Assembly (NCBI GenBank): GCA_030684635.1
Contig: JAUXUW010000129.1
Location: forward strand, 1-63,846
Reading direction: 5' to 3'
DNA: 63,846 nucleotides
From: Dehalococcoidia bacterium
Lineage (GTDB): Bacteria; Chloroflexota; Dehalococcoidia; UBA2979
Both the position numbers and the translations under genes were made by a program. Under the pieces are notes generated by a model that saw only the letters and a program-made list of their open reading frames with translations, was not told where the DNA came from and did not search any database. Position 1 is the stretch's first letter. The number at the start of each line of letters is the position of its first letter. Positions 13,074 through 22,318 of the stretch are shown in pieces.

Positions 13074-14128
13074 AGCGGCTGCTCCTGCTCGGCTTCGTCG
13101 GACTGTTCGAACAGCCTGACCATCAGGCCCCGCGCGACACGGATGTCGCGCTCGATCTCCTCGATCTCGCGGCGGCGACTCTCCTCTTCGGAGCGGACGA
13201 TCCGCCGAAAATGGTCCACCACCGCGTCGCGTTGCGCCTCGATCCGCTCGCTCAGGGCGCGTCGCTGCTCGCTCTCGCCGGCGAGCAGGCGCGTCAGCAA
13301 CGCGCGCTCCTCCGACTCCGCGGCCAGCGCCAGCCGGATCTCCTCCAGCGCCTCCTCGGCGCGGCTCACGCGGTCCTCCAGTCGGGCGCGGGTCGCGCGC
13401 TGCTGCTCGACGACCTCAAGGAGTTCCGCCTCACGGTCGCGGACGGAGCGCAGCGCGGACACTTCGTCGTCCAGCCGCCGCTGATCGAGCAACGTCGTCC
13501 GGGCGCGTGACTCGATCGCTTCGAGGTTCGTGAGGAACGTCGAGAGGCTCGCGGCCAGGCGCGCGATCTCTGTGCCCTGGTGGCGGGAGGATTCGCGCTC
13601 CGCGGCCAGTTGCCGTTCTAGCCGCTCCAGCCGCGCATCCACGTGCTCGTCCACCGTGTCGTCAGCGGCGATCTCCTGCACGATCGTCCGCTGGCGTTCG
13701 GCGGAGGCCGCCTCGCGCCCGTCGAACTGGTCGAGGCGGCTCGCGATCACCTCCAGCACCCGCCGGAGCTCCCGCTCCGACTCTGAGTCGCGCTGGGAGG
13801 CCCGCTCCACCTGTGCCGACAGGTCACGGCGCAGGGAGACCTCCTGTAGCAGGCGCTCCTCCAGCGCGGCGATCTCCTGCCGCATCTCGCGCCCGGACTC
13901 CTGCCCGGCCTCGTGCCGCTGGGTGCGCCCGTCAACGAGGCTGACCGACTCTGCGAGGCGCGCGACCTCGTCGCGCTGCACGCGCAGCGTCTCTTCCACA
14001 TGCTGGACTTCTCGGTTCAGGGCCTCCAGCCGCGTCAGCGCGCGCTGGATGTCTTCGCCGACCCACGTCTCTCGCCCCGGTGGGTGCTCAGCCCGCAACA
14101 GTCCACCGTCCGGTGCTGACTCCGGCAT
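13070..14128 (-). CDS. Hypothetical Glu/Arg-rich coiled-coil protein
   Basis: 352-aa ORF that exactly fills the hom-thrC gap, 8 nt after the hom stop and with a 4-nt overlap with the thrC start. GC3-rich codons. Long heptad-like E/R/L/A sequence with no recognisable catalytic motif. Confidence 0.6.
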   Translation of the reverse strand: MPESAPDGGLLRAEHPPGRETWVGEDIQRALTRLEALNREVQHVEETLRVQRDEVARLAESVSLVDGRTQRHEAGQESGREMRQEIAALEERLLQEVSLRRDLSAQVERASQRDSESERELRRVLEVIASRLDQFDGREAASAERQRTIVQEIAADDTVDEHVDARLERLERQLAAERESSRHQGTEIARLAASLSTFLTNLEAIESRARTTLLDQRRLDDEVSALRSVRDREAELLEVVEQQRATRARLEDRVSRAEEALEEIRLALAAESEERALLTRLLAGESEQRRALSERIEAQRDAVVDHFRRIVRSEEESRRREIEEIERDIRVARGLMVRLFEQSDEAEQEQPL

Positions 14129-14136
14129 GGCCGTCG

Positions 14137-15429
14137 CTAGCCTTCCATCGGCAGGACGTTGCCGACCTCGACCACGGAGTCCATGCGGCGGATCTCCGCG
14201 AGCGCGCCCTGCAGCGCCGCCCCGGACGCACGGTGCACCGTCAGCACCAGTTCCGCGGTGCCTTCAGTCGCCTGGTCTTCCGAGTCGAACTGGATGACCG
14301 AGGCGATCGAGATCTGCGCGTCGCCCAGCGACTTCGCGATCCGCGCCAGGACTCCCGGCTGGTCCAGCACACGGATGCGCAGGTAGTACCGCGCCATGTG
14401 CTCCTCGGGCGGGCGCACGCGCACGCGCCGGCGCGGCACCGCCGGCCGGGGCGCGCGCTCCGCGACGATGTCCTGCGCGATGTCCAGCACATCCGCCAGC
14501 ACGGACGAGGTGGTGGGCCCCGGGCCGGCGCCCGGCCCCTCAAACAGCACACGGCCGACGAGGTCGCCCTCCAGTTGCACGGCGTTCAGCACGCCGTCCA
14601 CCTTCGCCAGCGGCTCGCCGCGGCCGATCAGCGTCGGTTGCACGCTCACCTCCACCTCGCCATCGATGAGGCGGGCGCGAGCGAGCAACTTGATCACCGA
14701 CCCCAGTTGCCCGGCATAGGCGATGTCGCGTGCGGTGATGCCGGAGATGCCCTGGCGCGTGACCTCGCCCGGGGCCACGTCCACGTTGAAGGCGAGCCCG
14801 CAGAGCACGGCGATCTTGTAGGAGGCGTCAAAGCCCTCCACGTCCGCAGTCGGGTCGGGCTCGGCGTAGCCCAGGCGCTGCGCCTCCGCCAGGATCGCGC
14901 CGTAGTCCGCGCCCTGCTGGGTCATGGCGGTCAGCATGTAGTTGGTGGTGCCGTTGATGATCGCCGTGACCGCCGTCACCTCGTTCGCGAGCAGGTCGCG
15001 CGAGAGTGGTGCGATCACGGGGATGCCGCCGCCGACGGAGGCTTCGTAGAGCAGCCGCACGCCGTGGTCGGCCGCGATCTGCAGCAGCGACGCGCCGGCC
15101 TTCGCGATCACTTCCTTGTTCGCCGTCACCACGTGCTTACCCGCGCGCAGCGACTGCTCGATGTAGGTGCGCGCCGGCTCCTCGCCGCCCATCAACTCCA
15201 CGACGATCTGCGTGCCGCCGTCACCCAGCACGTCTTCGATCCGCGTGGTGAGCTGATCGGCACGGACGCCATCGCGCGGCTTTGAGGCGTCACGCACGAG
15301 CACGCGGCGCAACTCCAGCGGGCGCCCGACCCGTGCGGCGTACCGGTCCGCGCCGCGCGCAAGCGCGCCCACGACAGCGGAGCCGATGTTGCCGGGGCCA
15401 AGTAGAGAGATGCCGACGGTGTCGGTCAC
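14137..15429 (-). CDS. hom: Homoserine dehydrogenase
   Basis: 430 aa with an N-terminal GxGxxG (LLGPGNIGSAV) and a C-terminal ACT-like domain. Adjacent to thrC. Confidence 0.93.
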   Translation of the reverse strand: MTDTVGISLLGPGNIGSAVVGALARGADRYAARVGRPLELRRVLVRDASKPRDGVRADQLTTRIEDVLGDGGTQIVVELMGGEEPARTYIEQSLRAGKHVVTANKEVIAKAGASLLQIAADHGVRLLYEASVGGGIPVIAPLSRDLLANEVTAVTAIINGTTNYMLTAMTQQGADYGAILAEAQRLGYAEPDPTADVEGFDASYKIAVLCGLAFNVDVAPGEVTRQGISGITARDIAYAGQLGSVIKLLARARLIDGEVEVSVQPTLIGRGEPLAKVDGVLNAVQLEGDLVGRVLFEGPGAGPGPTTSSVLADVLDIAQDIVAERAPRPAVPRRRVRVRPPEEHMARYYLRIRVLDQPGVLARIAKSLGDAQISIASVIQFDSEDQATEGTAELVLTVHRASGAALQGALAEIRRMDSVVEVGNVLPMEG

Positions 15430-15431
15430 GG

Positions 15432-16409
15432 CTAGTTCCTGGTCGCTCGGCGGACCTGGTCCAGGATCCAGGTGCGCTCGCTGTCGGACAGGTCCTCGGT
15501 GACGCCCAGCTCCTCGCGCTTCGCCTCCACGAACTCATCGAAGCGGAGCCCGGCCAGCTGGTCGAGGACAGCGGACTGGTAGGGTTCTGTCGCGACGCGA
15601 GTGGTGATCGCGTACACCTCGAAGCCGACCTGATTCGCGTCGTCCAGCACGTCGCTCGCGCTGCCGACCCGGAGCGCGCTGATCGCATCGCGGACACGTT
15701 CCGGGAGAGCCTCCGGCGCGAACCAGCCCAACTCGGCCTGCGAACGGTCTGTGTAGATGCCGGCAGTCACCGCGGCGTCGCGCAGATCCGCTCCGTCGAG
15801 GACCGCCTTGCGCACCGCCTCGGCGCGCGAACGATCGTTGGTGGCAACGCGTAGCAGATCGAGCTGGTCACCGGATTCCGGGAGGTCAGCCTTGAACTTC
15901 TCCCGCAGCCGTTCCTCCATGACGAGCACTCTGACGCCAGCCTCGAGGTCCGCGCGTGAAACGCCGGTAGCCAGAAGGTAATCACCGAGGGACGCCGCGT
16001 ACTGCTCGTCCGTGGCCGTGTCGGCCATTCCGAGGCGCTTGCTGATTTCAGCCCGGATGTCGGCGTCCGTCACCTCGCCGACCTCGGCAACACCCGCCTG
16101 TAGGAGGATTTCTCGCCGCACGAGTGCGTCGATCGCGACCTGAGGATCGGCGGCGGCGGCGCCGTTCCCGGAGCGAGCCAGGTAAGCGGCGTGATCGGCG
16201 ACCCGCCCTGCGTTGAAGGAGCGGCTGCCCACGGTCAGGACGTGCTCGCGCGGCGGGAGCCAGACCCCCCAGATCAGCCCGGCCACGACGATGACGGCGA
16301 CCAGGGCGAGCACCCCCCCGACGCCGAGGTACGTCAGCCGTCGGACGCGCTCTTCCTGGCTCTGCTGTTCGCGGCGATGGAACGCCTTCGACTGCCGGCT
16401 GGCGGCCAC
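15432..16409 (-). CDS. Membrane-anchored parvulin/PrsA-like peptidyl-prolyl isomerase (SurA-N-like region plus PpiC-type domain)
   Basis: 325 aa with an N-terminal TM (LTYLGVGGVLALVAVIVVAGLIWGV). The C-terminal half has the parvulin-like pattern ...AELGWFAPEALPERVRDAISALRVGSASDVL...GFEVYAI. Confidence 0.6.
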   Translation of the reverse strand: MAASRQSKAFHRREQQSQEERVRRLTYLGVGGVLALVAVIVVAGLIWGVWLPPREHVLTVGSRSFNAGRVADHAAYLARSGNGAAAADPQVAIDALVRREILLQAGVAEVGEVTDADIRAEISKRLGMADTATDEQYAASLGDYLLATGVSRADLEAGVRVLVMEERLREKFKADLPESGDQLDLLRVATNDRSRAEAVRKAVLDGADLRDAAVTAGIYTDRSQAELGWFAPEALPERVRDAISALRVGSASDVLDDANQVGFEVYAITTRVATEPYQSAVLDQLAGLRFDEFVEAKREELGVTEDLSDSERTWILDQVRRATRN

Positions 16410-16525
16410 GGTCGCGGTCCTCTCAACGATGCGCCAGGCGGCGCGCGTTCTCCGCGGGGTGGCCGGGGGAGCGGCCCGTCACCTCACAAGGGAGGGCGGG
16501 CCGCAGCCACCTGGGTCTCGGGCCG

Positions 16526-16864
16526 CTAGCGGCGGCCCATGTTGATGCCGGAGATCCGGACGTGCTCGCCGGTGTACGGCAGCAACGCGATGTGCCGGGC
16601 GCGCTTCACGGCCTCGGCGACCACGCGCTGGTGCTTGGCGCAGGTGCCCACCTTGCGACGGGCGTCGATCTTGCCGCGGTCGGTGATGTACCGCTTCAGC
16701 ATCTCGACGTCCTTGTAGTCGGCCACGTCCGTCTTGGCGCGGCAGAACTCGCAGCCGCGCACGCGACGGAATCGCCCGCCGCCGCCGCCGCCACCGCCAC
16801 CGCCGCCGCTGCGCGGGCGGCCACCGCCGCCACGAGGTCCACGGTCGCCATAGTCTTCGTTCAC
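16526..16864 (-). CDS. rpsR: 30S ribosomal protein S18 with a Gly/Arg-rich N-terminal extension
   Basis: 112 aa. The core is [43 protein letters not shown]. It is preceded by RGGGGRPRS plus a run of 11 Gly. Confidence 0.9.
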   Translation of the reverse strand: MNEDYGDRGPRGGGGRPRSGGGGGGGGGGGRFRRVRGCEFCRAKTDVADYKDVEMLKRYITDRGKIDARRKVGTCAKHQRVVAEAVKRARHIALLPYTGEHVRISGINMGRR

Positions 16865-16888
16865 AGAATCCTCCAGTCCGGAGCCGCC

Positions 16889-17314
16889 CTAGAAGGGCAG
16901 GTCGTCCGGGTCGATGTCGCCTTCGCTGTCGGGACCAACGGCAAAGCCGGGGGCGAATCCGCCACCCCCGCCGCCGGGCCCAGAGTCTCCGCGGCCGCCG
17001 AGGAATTTCACTTCCTCTGCGATGAGCTCCGTCATGTACCGCTTCTGGCCTTGCGGGTCGTCCCAGGAGCGCGTCTGAAGACGCCCCTCCACATAGACCT
17101 GCCGGCCTTTCGTCAGGTACTGGGCGCAGATTTCGGCGAGGCGATTCCACGTCACTACGCGGAACCACTCCGTCTCCTCGCGCCGCTCGCCGCTGGAGTC
17201 GTTGTATGACCGACTGGTCGCCACGCGGAAGGTGGTCACGGCGTTTCCGTTCGCCGTGTACCGCATTTCCGGGTCAGCACCCAGGTGGCCGATGATCATG
17301 CACTTGTTGAGCAC
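16889..17314 (-). CDS. ssb: Single-stranded DNA-binding protein
   Basis: 141 aa, [20 protein letters not shown]...TEWFRVVTW..., with a Gly-rich linker and a C-terminal DDLPF tip. Confidence 0.93.
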   Translation of the reverse strand: MLNKCMIIGHLGADPEMRYTANGNAVTTFRVATSRSYNDSSGERREETEWFRVVTWNRLAEICAQYLTKGRQVYVEGRLQTRSWDDPQGQKRYMTELIAEEVKFLGGRGDSGPGGGGGGFAPGFAVGPDSEGDIDPDDLPF

Positions 17315-17344
17315 GGGCGCTCTCCGAGGGTTCGGGGGAGGGTC

Positions 17345-17800
17345 TTACCCCTCGGCCGGCTCATCACGGTCGTCGCCGCCGTCACCGGCGTCGTCGTCTC
17401 GGTCACCACGGTCGCGCCGGTCTTCCCGGTCGTCACGATCGTCGCGGTCATCGCGGCCGTCGTCATCGCGCCCGTAGCCACCACCGTCACGGCCCCGGCT
17501 CTGGGGCTCGAACGGGATGATCCCACGGATGAGCAAGTGCCGGAGAGACGCCTCGGAGATCTGCAGCCAGCGCTCCACGGGAGCGGTGGCCTCAGCGGGC
17601 ATCTTCAGCGTCATGAGGGTGTAGGTCCCCTCCAGGTACCCCTTGATGGGGTACGCGAGGCGGCGGCGCCCCCAGACATCGGTGGAGAGCATCTCCCCAC
17701 CGTTGGCGACGATCTGGGCTTCGACAGCCGCAATCGCCGCCGTCGTCTCATCCGCGTTCAGACGCGGATGAAACACGGTCATCAACTCGTACTCGTTCAC
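17345..17800 (-). CDS. rpsF: 30S ribosomal protein S6 with an Asp/Arg-rich C-terminal tail
   Basis: GTG at 17798-17800 is preceded by GGAGGC (17804-17809 on the plus strand as gcctcc). It gives VNEYELMTVFHPRLN...WGRRRLAYPI. Tail: GRDDDGRDDRDDRDDREDRRDRGDRDDD. Confidence 0.9.
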   Translation of the reverse strand: MNEYELMTVFHPRLNADETTAAIAAVEAQIVANGGEMLSTDVWGRRRLAYPIKGYLEGTYTLMTLKMPAEATAPVERWLQISEASLRHLLIRGIIPFEPQSRGRDGGGYGRDDDGRDDRDDRDDREDRRDRGDRDDDAGDGGDDRDEPAEG

Positions 17801-17980
17801 GTTGCCTCCGCTGATCACGGTCGATGGAGGCAACTGGCCCGACGAGCGTCGGCGTTGCCCCGATCCGCGGTGAAATTGGTCTTCCGAGTGTAGGAGCCGC
17901 CCTCCGGCACGATCAAACGTGCGAACGAGCCCCGCGACCCGGGGAAGCGGCAGGGGCGCCCCTCGGCCGCTCCAGTAACA

Positions 17981-18008
17981 GCAGGGCCGCCCTCGCGGGC
18001 GGCCCTGC
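17981..18008 (-). terminator. Candidate intrinsic terminator hairpin after the acyl-CoA dehydrogenase gene
   Basis: GCAGGGCCGCCC-tcgc-GGGCGGCCCTGC forms a perfect 12-bp GC stem 69 nt downstream of the stop at 18077. On the minus strand it is followed by UGUUACU, a weak U tract. Confidence 0.4.
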
Positions 18009-18076
18009 CGGTGTTTGCTCTGAGCGCGGGACGAGCCGTGCGGAAGGCCCCGCGGCGTCAGCCGCAATCCGCGGCG

Positions 18077-19291
18077 CTAGCCGCGCGGAAGACCAAGCCC
18101 GCGGGTGGCGATGATGTTGCGCTGGATCTCGGACGTACCGGCCGCGATCGTCGCCGAAACGGAGAAGACGTACCGCTGCGTGAACGAGGCGTCCACGGCG
18201 GCGTGCTTGCTCTTCGCATCCCAGACGTTGCTGTAGAGGCCAAACGCCTTCACGCCCGTGTTCGAGAGCCGCTGTACCAGTTCCGAGTTGAACAACTTGG
18301 AGGTGGAGGCCTCGTAGTTCGGGATCAGCCCTCGCGCCTGCATCGAGATGATGCGGAACGAGAAGTTGTACATGACCTCGGTCTCAATGAACCGGTCGGC
18401 CACGTCCAGGCGGATCGAGTTGAACTCGGCCAGGCGGGAGCGGTCCTTGCCTTCGCCGGTGGCGTAGGCCAGCAATTTCTCGATGTCGCGACGAGCGGAC
18501 ACGGCGCCCGTGATGTTGGAGCGCTCGTAGTCCAGCAGCGTCATGCCCACGTACCAGCCGCGGTTCTCCTCACCGACACGGTTGGAGACCGGCACCCGGA
18601 CATCCTCGAAGAACGTCTCGTTGAAGCCATGCGCCCAGCCCATGTTGATGAGCGGACGAACCGAGAGGCCCGGGGTCTTGCCGTCCATCAGCAGGAAGGA
18701 GATACCGCGGTGCTTCGGGGCGTCCGGATCCGTCCGGGCGAGCGCGAAGAACCAGTCCGCCAGGTGGCCCCCGGACGTCCAGATCTTCTGGCCATTCACC
18801 ACGTACTCGTCGCCGTCGCGGACGGCGCGGGTCTGGAGGGAGGCCAGGTCGGAGCCGGAGCCGGGCTCGGAGTAGCCCTGCGCCCACAGCACGTCGCCAG
18901 ACAGGATGCCCGCCAGGTGCTGCGCCTTCTGCTCATCCGTGCCGTGCACGATCAGCGTCGGGCCCAGCATCGAGACGCCCGAGCCACCCACGTTCGGGGT
19001 GCCCGCCTGAGCCATCTCCATCTTGTAGATGAACTGCTCCATCGGAGAGAGGCCGGCCCCGCCGTATTCCTTCGGCCAGTGCGGCGCGATCCAGCCGTTC
19101 GAGGCGAGCGCCTTGGCCCAGTCCTGCGCGGCCTGGCGCGCTTCCGGGTCGTCGCTCCGGCGGTCGGTGGCCCAGCCACCCTCAAAGGCCTCTTCTTCGC
19201 CCCCGGCGTAGCGCTTCGGGAGCTTGTCCTTGATGAATTTCTGAACAGTCGCGCGGAAGGCGGCCTGCTCGGGGCTGTCGTTCCAGTCCAT
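18077..19291 (-). CDS. Acyl-CoA dehydrogenase family protein
   Basis: 404 aa with an ACAD-like pattern (...WAQGYSEPGSGSDLASL...GQKIWTSGG...IAAGTSEIQRNIIA). Confidence 0.9.
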   Translation of the reverse strand: MDWNDSPEQAAFRATVQKFIKDKLPKRYAGGEEEAFEGGWATDRRSDDPEARQAAQDWAKALASNGWIAPHWPKEYGGAGLSPMEQFIYKMEMAQAGTPNVGGSGVSMLGPTLIVHGTDEQKAQHLAGILSGDVLWAQGYSEPGSGSDLASLQTRAVRDGDEYVVNGQKIWTSGGHLADWFFALARTDPDAPKHRGISFLLMDGKTPGLSVRPLINMGWAHGFNETFFEDVRVPVSNRVGEENRGWYVGMTLLDYERSNITGAVSARRDIEKLLAYATGEGKDRSRLAEFNSIRLDVADRFIETEVMYNFSFRIISMQARGLIPNYEASTSKLFNSELVQRLSNTGVKAFGLYSNVWDAKSKHAAVDASFTQRYVFSVSATIAAGTSEIQRNIIATRGLGLPRG

Positions 19292-19390
19292 GGTTGTCCT
19301 CCACCAGCGTCCGGGCGCTCGATGCGTCTCCGGCGCGGTTCCTGGGCCGGCGAGCCGCCGACCGCATCAATGATAAGCCGCCCAACAACG

Positions 19391-20641
19391 CTACGGGCGG
19401 ACGGGAATCCCCGGCGCCGGGAAGCGCGAGGTCAGCGCCAGCACCTCGGCGCGCACCTTCGCGTGCTCCGCCTCGTCGCCGATGGCGCGGAGGACACGCG
19501 TAATCAGCGCCCCCACCTGCTTCATCTCCGCCTCCTTCATCCCGCGCGAGGTCAGCGCCGGGGTGCCGAAGCGGATACCGCCCGCCTCGCGCGGGGGCAG
19601 GGTGTCGAACGGGACGCCGTTGAAGTTGAGGATGATCCCCGCCGCCTCCAGCGCGTCCGCCGCCTGGCGGCCGTTGATCCCCAGCGGACGCACGTCCATC
19701 AGGATCAGATGCGTGTCCGTGCCGCCCGAGACCAGGCGGAAGCCCTCGTCCAGCAGCACCTGCGCCAGCGCCTTCGCGTTCGCCACCACCTGGCGGGCGT
19801 GCTCGCGGAACTCGTCCGTCGCGGCTTCCTTCAGCATGACGGCCTTGCCGGCGATCACGTGCATCAGCGGCCCGCCCTGCGAGCCGGGGAAGACGCCACG
19901 GTCGATGCGGCGGCGGTAGCGGTCGTCGCACAGGATCATGCCGCCGCGCGGGCCGCGCAGCGTCTTGTGCGTGGACGTGGTCATGATCTGCGCCACGCCC
20001 GCCGGGCTGGGGTGTACCCCGCCGGCCACGAGGCCGGAGATGTGCGCCATGTCAGCCATGAGCACCGCGCCCACCTCGTCCGCGATCTGGCGCGCGCGCT
20101 TGAAATCCCACTGGCGCGGGTAGGCGGTGGCGCCCACCACGATGATCTTCGGGCGCGCTTCCTTGGCCACGTTGAGCATCTGGTCGTAGTCGACCTGCTC
20201 CGTCTCGCGGTCCACGAGGTACGGGACGAACTTGTAGAGGATGCCGCTGGCGTTGACCGGAGAGCCATGCGTCAGGTGCCCACCGGCGTCCAGCTGGAGG
20301 CCCATGACCGTATCGCCGGGCTCCAGCAGCGCCAGGTAGACCGCCATGTTCGCCTGCGTGCCGGAGTGCGGCTGCACGTTGGCGTGGTCCACGCCGAACA
20401 GCGCCTTCGCGCGCTCCTGCGCCAGCGTCTCCACCCCGTCCACGAACTCGTTGCCGTGGTAGTAGCGGGCGCCCGGGTACCCCTCCGCGTACTTGTTGGT
20501 CAGGACGGAACCGACCGCCTCCATGACCGCGGAGGAGGCATAGTTCTCCGAGGGGATCATTTCCAGCACCTGGTTCTGGCGCTGTTCCTCGAAGCGGATG
20601 ATCTCCGCGACCTGCGGGTCTACTTGATCGAGCGCGCTCAT
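19391..20641 (-). CDS. glyA: Serine hydroxymethyltransferase
   Basis: 416 aa with the [17 protein letters not shown]-lysine motif. Confidence 0.97.
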   Translation of the reverse strand: MSALDQVDPQVAEIIRFEEQRQNQVLEMIPSENYASSAVMEAVGSVLTNKYAEGYPGARYYHGNEFVDGVETLAQERAKALFGVDHANVQPHSGTQANMAVYLALLEPGDTVMGLQLDAGGHLTHGSPVNASGILYKFVPYLVDRETEQVDYDQMLNVAKEARPKIIVVGATAYPRQWDFKRARQIADEVGAVLMADMAHISGLVAGGVHPSPAGVAQIMTTSTHKTLRGPRGGMILCDDRYRRRIDRGVFPGSQGGPLMHVIAGKAVMLKEAATDEFREHARQVVANAKALAQVLLDEGFRLVSGGTDTHLILMDVRPLGINGRQAADALEAAGIILNFNGVPFDTLPPREAGGIRFGTPALTSRGMKEAEMKQVGALITRVLRAIGDEAEHAKVRAEVLALTSRFPAPGIPVRP

Positions 20642-20676
20642 GGCATGCTCCCCACGAATCGGACTGCTGAAGGGCG

Positions 20677-21108
20677 ATGGTATCGTCCGCGCCGGTTAGT
20701 CGCCGGGGCAACGGAGGCCAGGTGTCCCCGAAGCGCGAACATCCTGACGCCACCTACATCGCCGACCTGGTCGAACGGTTCGGCGCGTTCGCGCCGGTCA
20801 CCGCCCGTCGCATGTTCGGCGGCTTCGGCCTCTTCGTGGACGGGGCGATGTTCGCCCTGGTGGCGGACGGCAGCGTCTACCTGAAAGTGGACGAGGCGAA
20901 CCGCCCCGCCTTCGAGGCGCTGGGGCTCCAGCCGTGGGTGTACGGGGCCGCCGGCCGGCAGATGACCATGTCCTACTACCCGCCCCCGGACGAGGCGCTC
21001 GACGACCCGGCGCTGCTCCGCGAGTGGTTCGAGGGTGCGCGGGCGGCCTCCGGACGGGCGGCCGCGGAGAAGGCGTCCCGCGCCGCGAAGCGGGGGCCGA
21101 AGGCCTAG
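20677..21108 (+). CDS. TfoX/Sxy N-terminal-domain family protein
   Basis: [30 protein letters not shown]...[13 protein letters not shown] is the TfoX_N pattern. A GTG at 20722 behind GGAGG (20713-20717) is an equally plausible start. Confidence 0.8.
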   Translation: MVSSAPVSRRGNGGQVSPKREHPDATYIADLVERFGAFAPVTARRMFGGFGLFVDGAMFALVADGSVYLKVDEANRPAFEALGLQPWVYGAAGRQMTMSYYPPPDEALDDPALLREWFEGARAASGRAAAEKASRAAKRGPKA

Positions 21109-22214
21109 CGGCGCCGGCCCGCCAGCCGGTCGTGCTCGTCCCAAGCCCACTGGTTGAGCAACTGGAGGCACCCGCCCACCAGCGAGTGCCCACCGAGCAC
21201 CACCGGCACTGGCGAGGCGGCAGCCGCCGCCACGATCTGGCGCAGCACGGGGTCCTCGATCACGCCGACCTGCCCCAGATCGGCGGCGAACCGGTCCGCG
21301 CGGGAGGCGCGGATCCCCAGCTGCACGAGCGCCGGCCGCAGGTCGATGAACGCGGCGTCGCAGATCTCTGGCAGCAGTTCCCCGAACGCGCGCGCCGGCC
21401 CCGCCGTCGCGATCCACTGGCCGAGGAGCGAGCGCGCCGTCCCGGTCGCATCCGTGCCGGCGGACTGCATCCCGCGCTCCTCGGACAGCACCCGCACCCG
21501 GCAGGCGGCCTGAGTCTCCAGGTAGGCCCACGTCCGCGAGGAGACGCGACCGGCCACCAGCGCCTGCTTCGTGCGGTCGACGAAGACCCGAGAGGCCTCC
21601 GAGACGCGAGAGGTGTCCAGCCGCGCCCGCTTCAGCACCTTCCGCAGCCGCGGCCCCCCCCGCCCGCACAGCGCCAGCGTCACCAGGTCCGTGGGGGTGT
21701 CCAGGTTGAACTGGGTCTCGACCGTCCTCGGCAACTCCACCACGGCGACGCCGTGTTCCTCCGCCAACCGCCGAGGCACGGCGTTATCCGTACGCGGGGC
21801 CGGGTCCAGGTCGCGCAGCAGCGGGGCCGGGCGCAATGAGAACAGGTCGGCAGAGAAGCGGTTGTTCGTGATGCAGCGCGCCTGGCCGCGGACGCCCAGG
21901 ACGCCCGTCAGCGCCCGCCAGTCATCCGCCGTGAGCAGCGGCGCGCTCCCGCCACCGGCGTAGACCAGCCGCGTCAGACCGTGCCGGTGGATCGCGTCCC
22001 CCAGGACGTCGCCGAACTGGAAGGTGGGCCCCGTCGGGTCGACCTCTACCTCGACCCCGTCCGGCAGCGGCAGCGTTGGGGCCCGGTCCGCGAGCAGCAG
22101 GGCGCGCTCGACCGCCCCGGAGGCGAGCGCGACCTCGGCCGCGTCCAGCGCGCACGCCTCCAGCGCCGAACGCAGCAACTGCTCGGCCGGGCTGCCGTCC
22201 ATCCCGCCGAGCAT
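21105..22214 (-). CDS. Hypothetical protein (possible MobA/CofC-like nucleotidyltransferase fold at the N-terminus plus an unknown C-terminal domain)
   Basis: The ORF region downstream of comF codes consistently with GC3-rich codons. ATG at 22212-22214 (or GTG at 22220). ...FNLDTPTDLVTLAL resembles the DxDTPEDL end of MobA-like NTP transferases. The rest is unrecognised. The upstream 150 aa of the ORF track overlap comF and are rejected. Confidence 0.55.
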   Translation of the reverse strand: MLGGMDGSPAEQLLRSALEACALDAAEVALASGAVERALLLADRAPTLPLPDGVEVEVDPTGPTFQFGDVLGDAIHRHGLTRLVYAGGGSAPLLTADDWRALTGVLGVRGQARCITNNRFSADLFSLRPAPLLRDLDPAPRTDNAVPRRLAEEHGVAVVELPRTVETQFNLDTPTDLVTLALCGRGGPRLRKVLKRARLDTSRVSEASRVFVDRTKQALVAGRVSSRTWAYLETQAACRVRVLSEERGMQSAGTDATGTARSLLGQWIATAGPARAFGELLPEICDAAFIDLRPALVQLGIRASRADRFAADLGQVGVIEDPVLRQIVAAAAASPVPVVLGGHSLVGGCLQLLNQWAWDEHDRLAGRRR

Positions 22215-22318
22215 GATCACAAGGGTCGGGGCCGTGGCGATGAGGTGCTCCCGGGGTGCTCCCGCGCGGGGGGAGTGCTCACACCCCGCTGACTTCGGAT
22301 TGTAGGGAGCCTCCGGCC

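Noticed and set aside
18011-20884. 957-aa plus-strand ORF.
   Set aside because: It is antisense to the acyl-CoA dehydrogenase and glyA genes, has low-complexity R/A/G/H composition, and has no motif.
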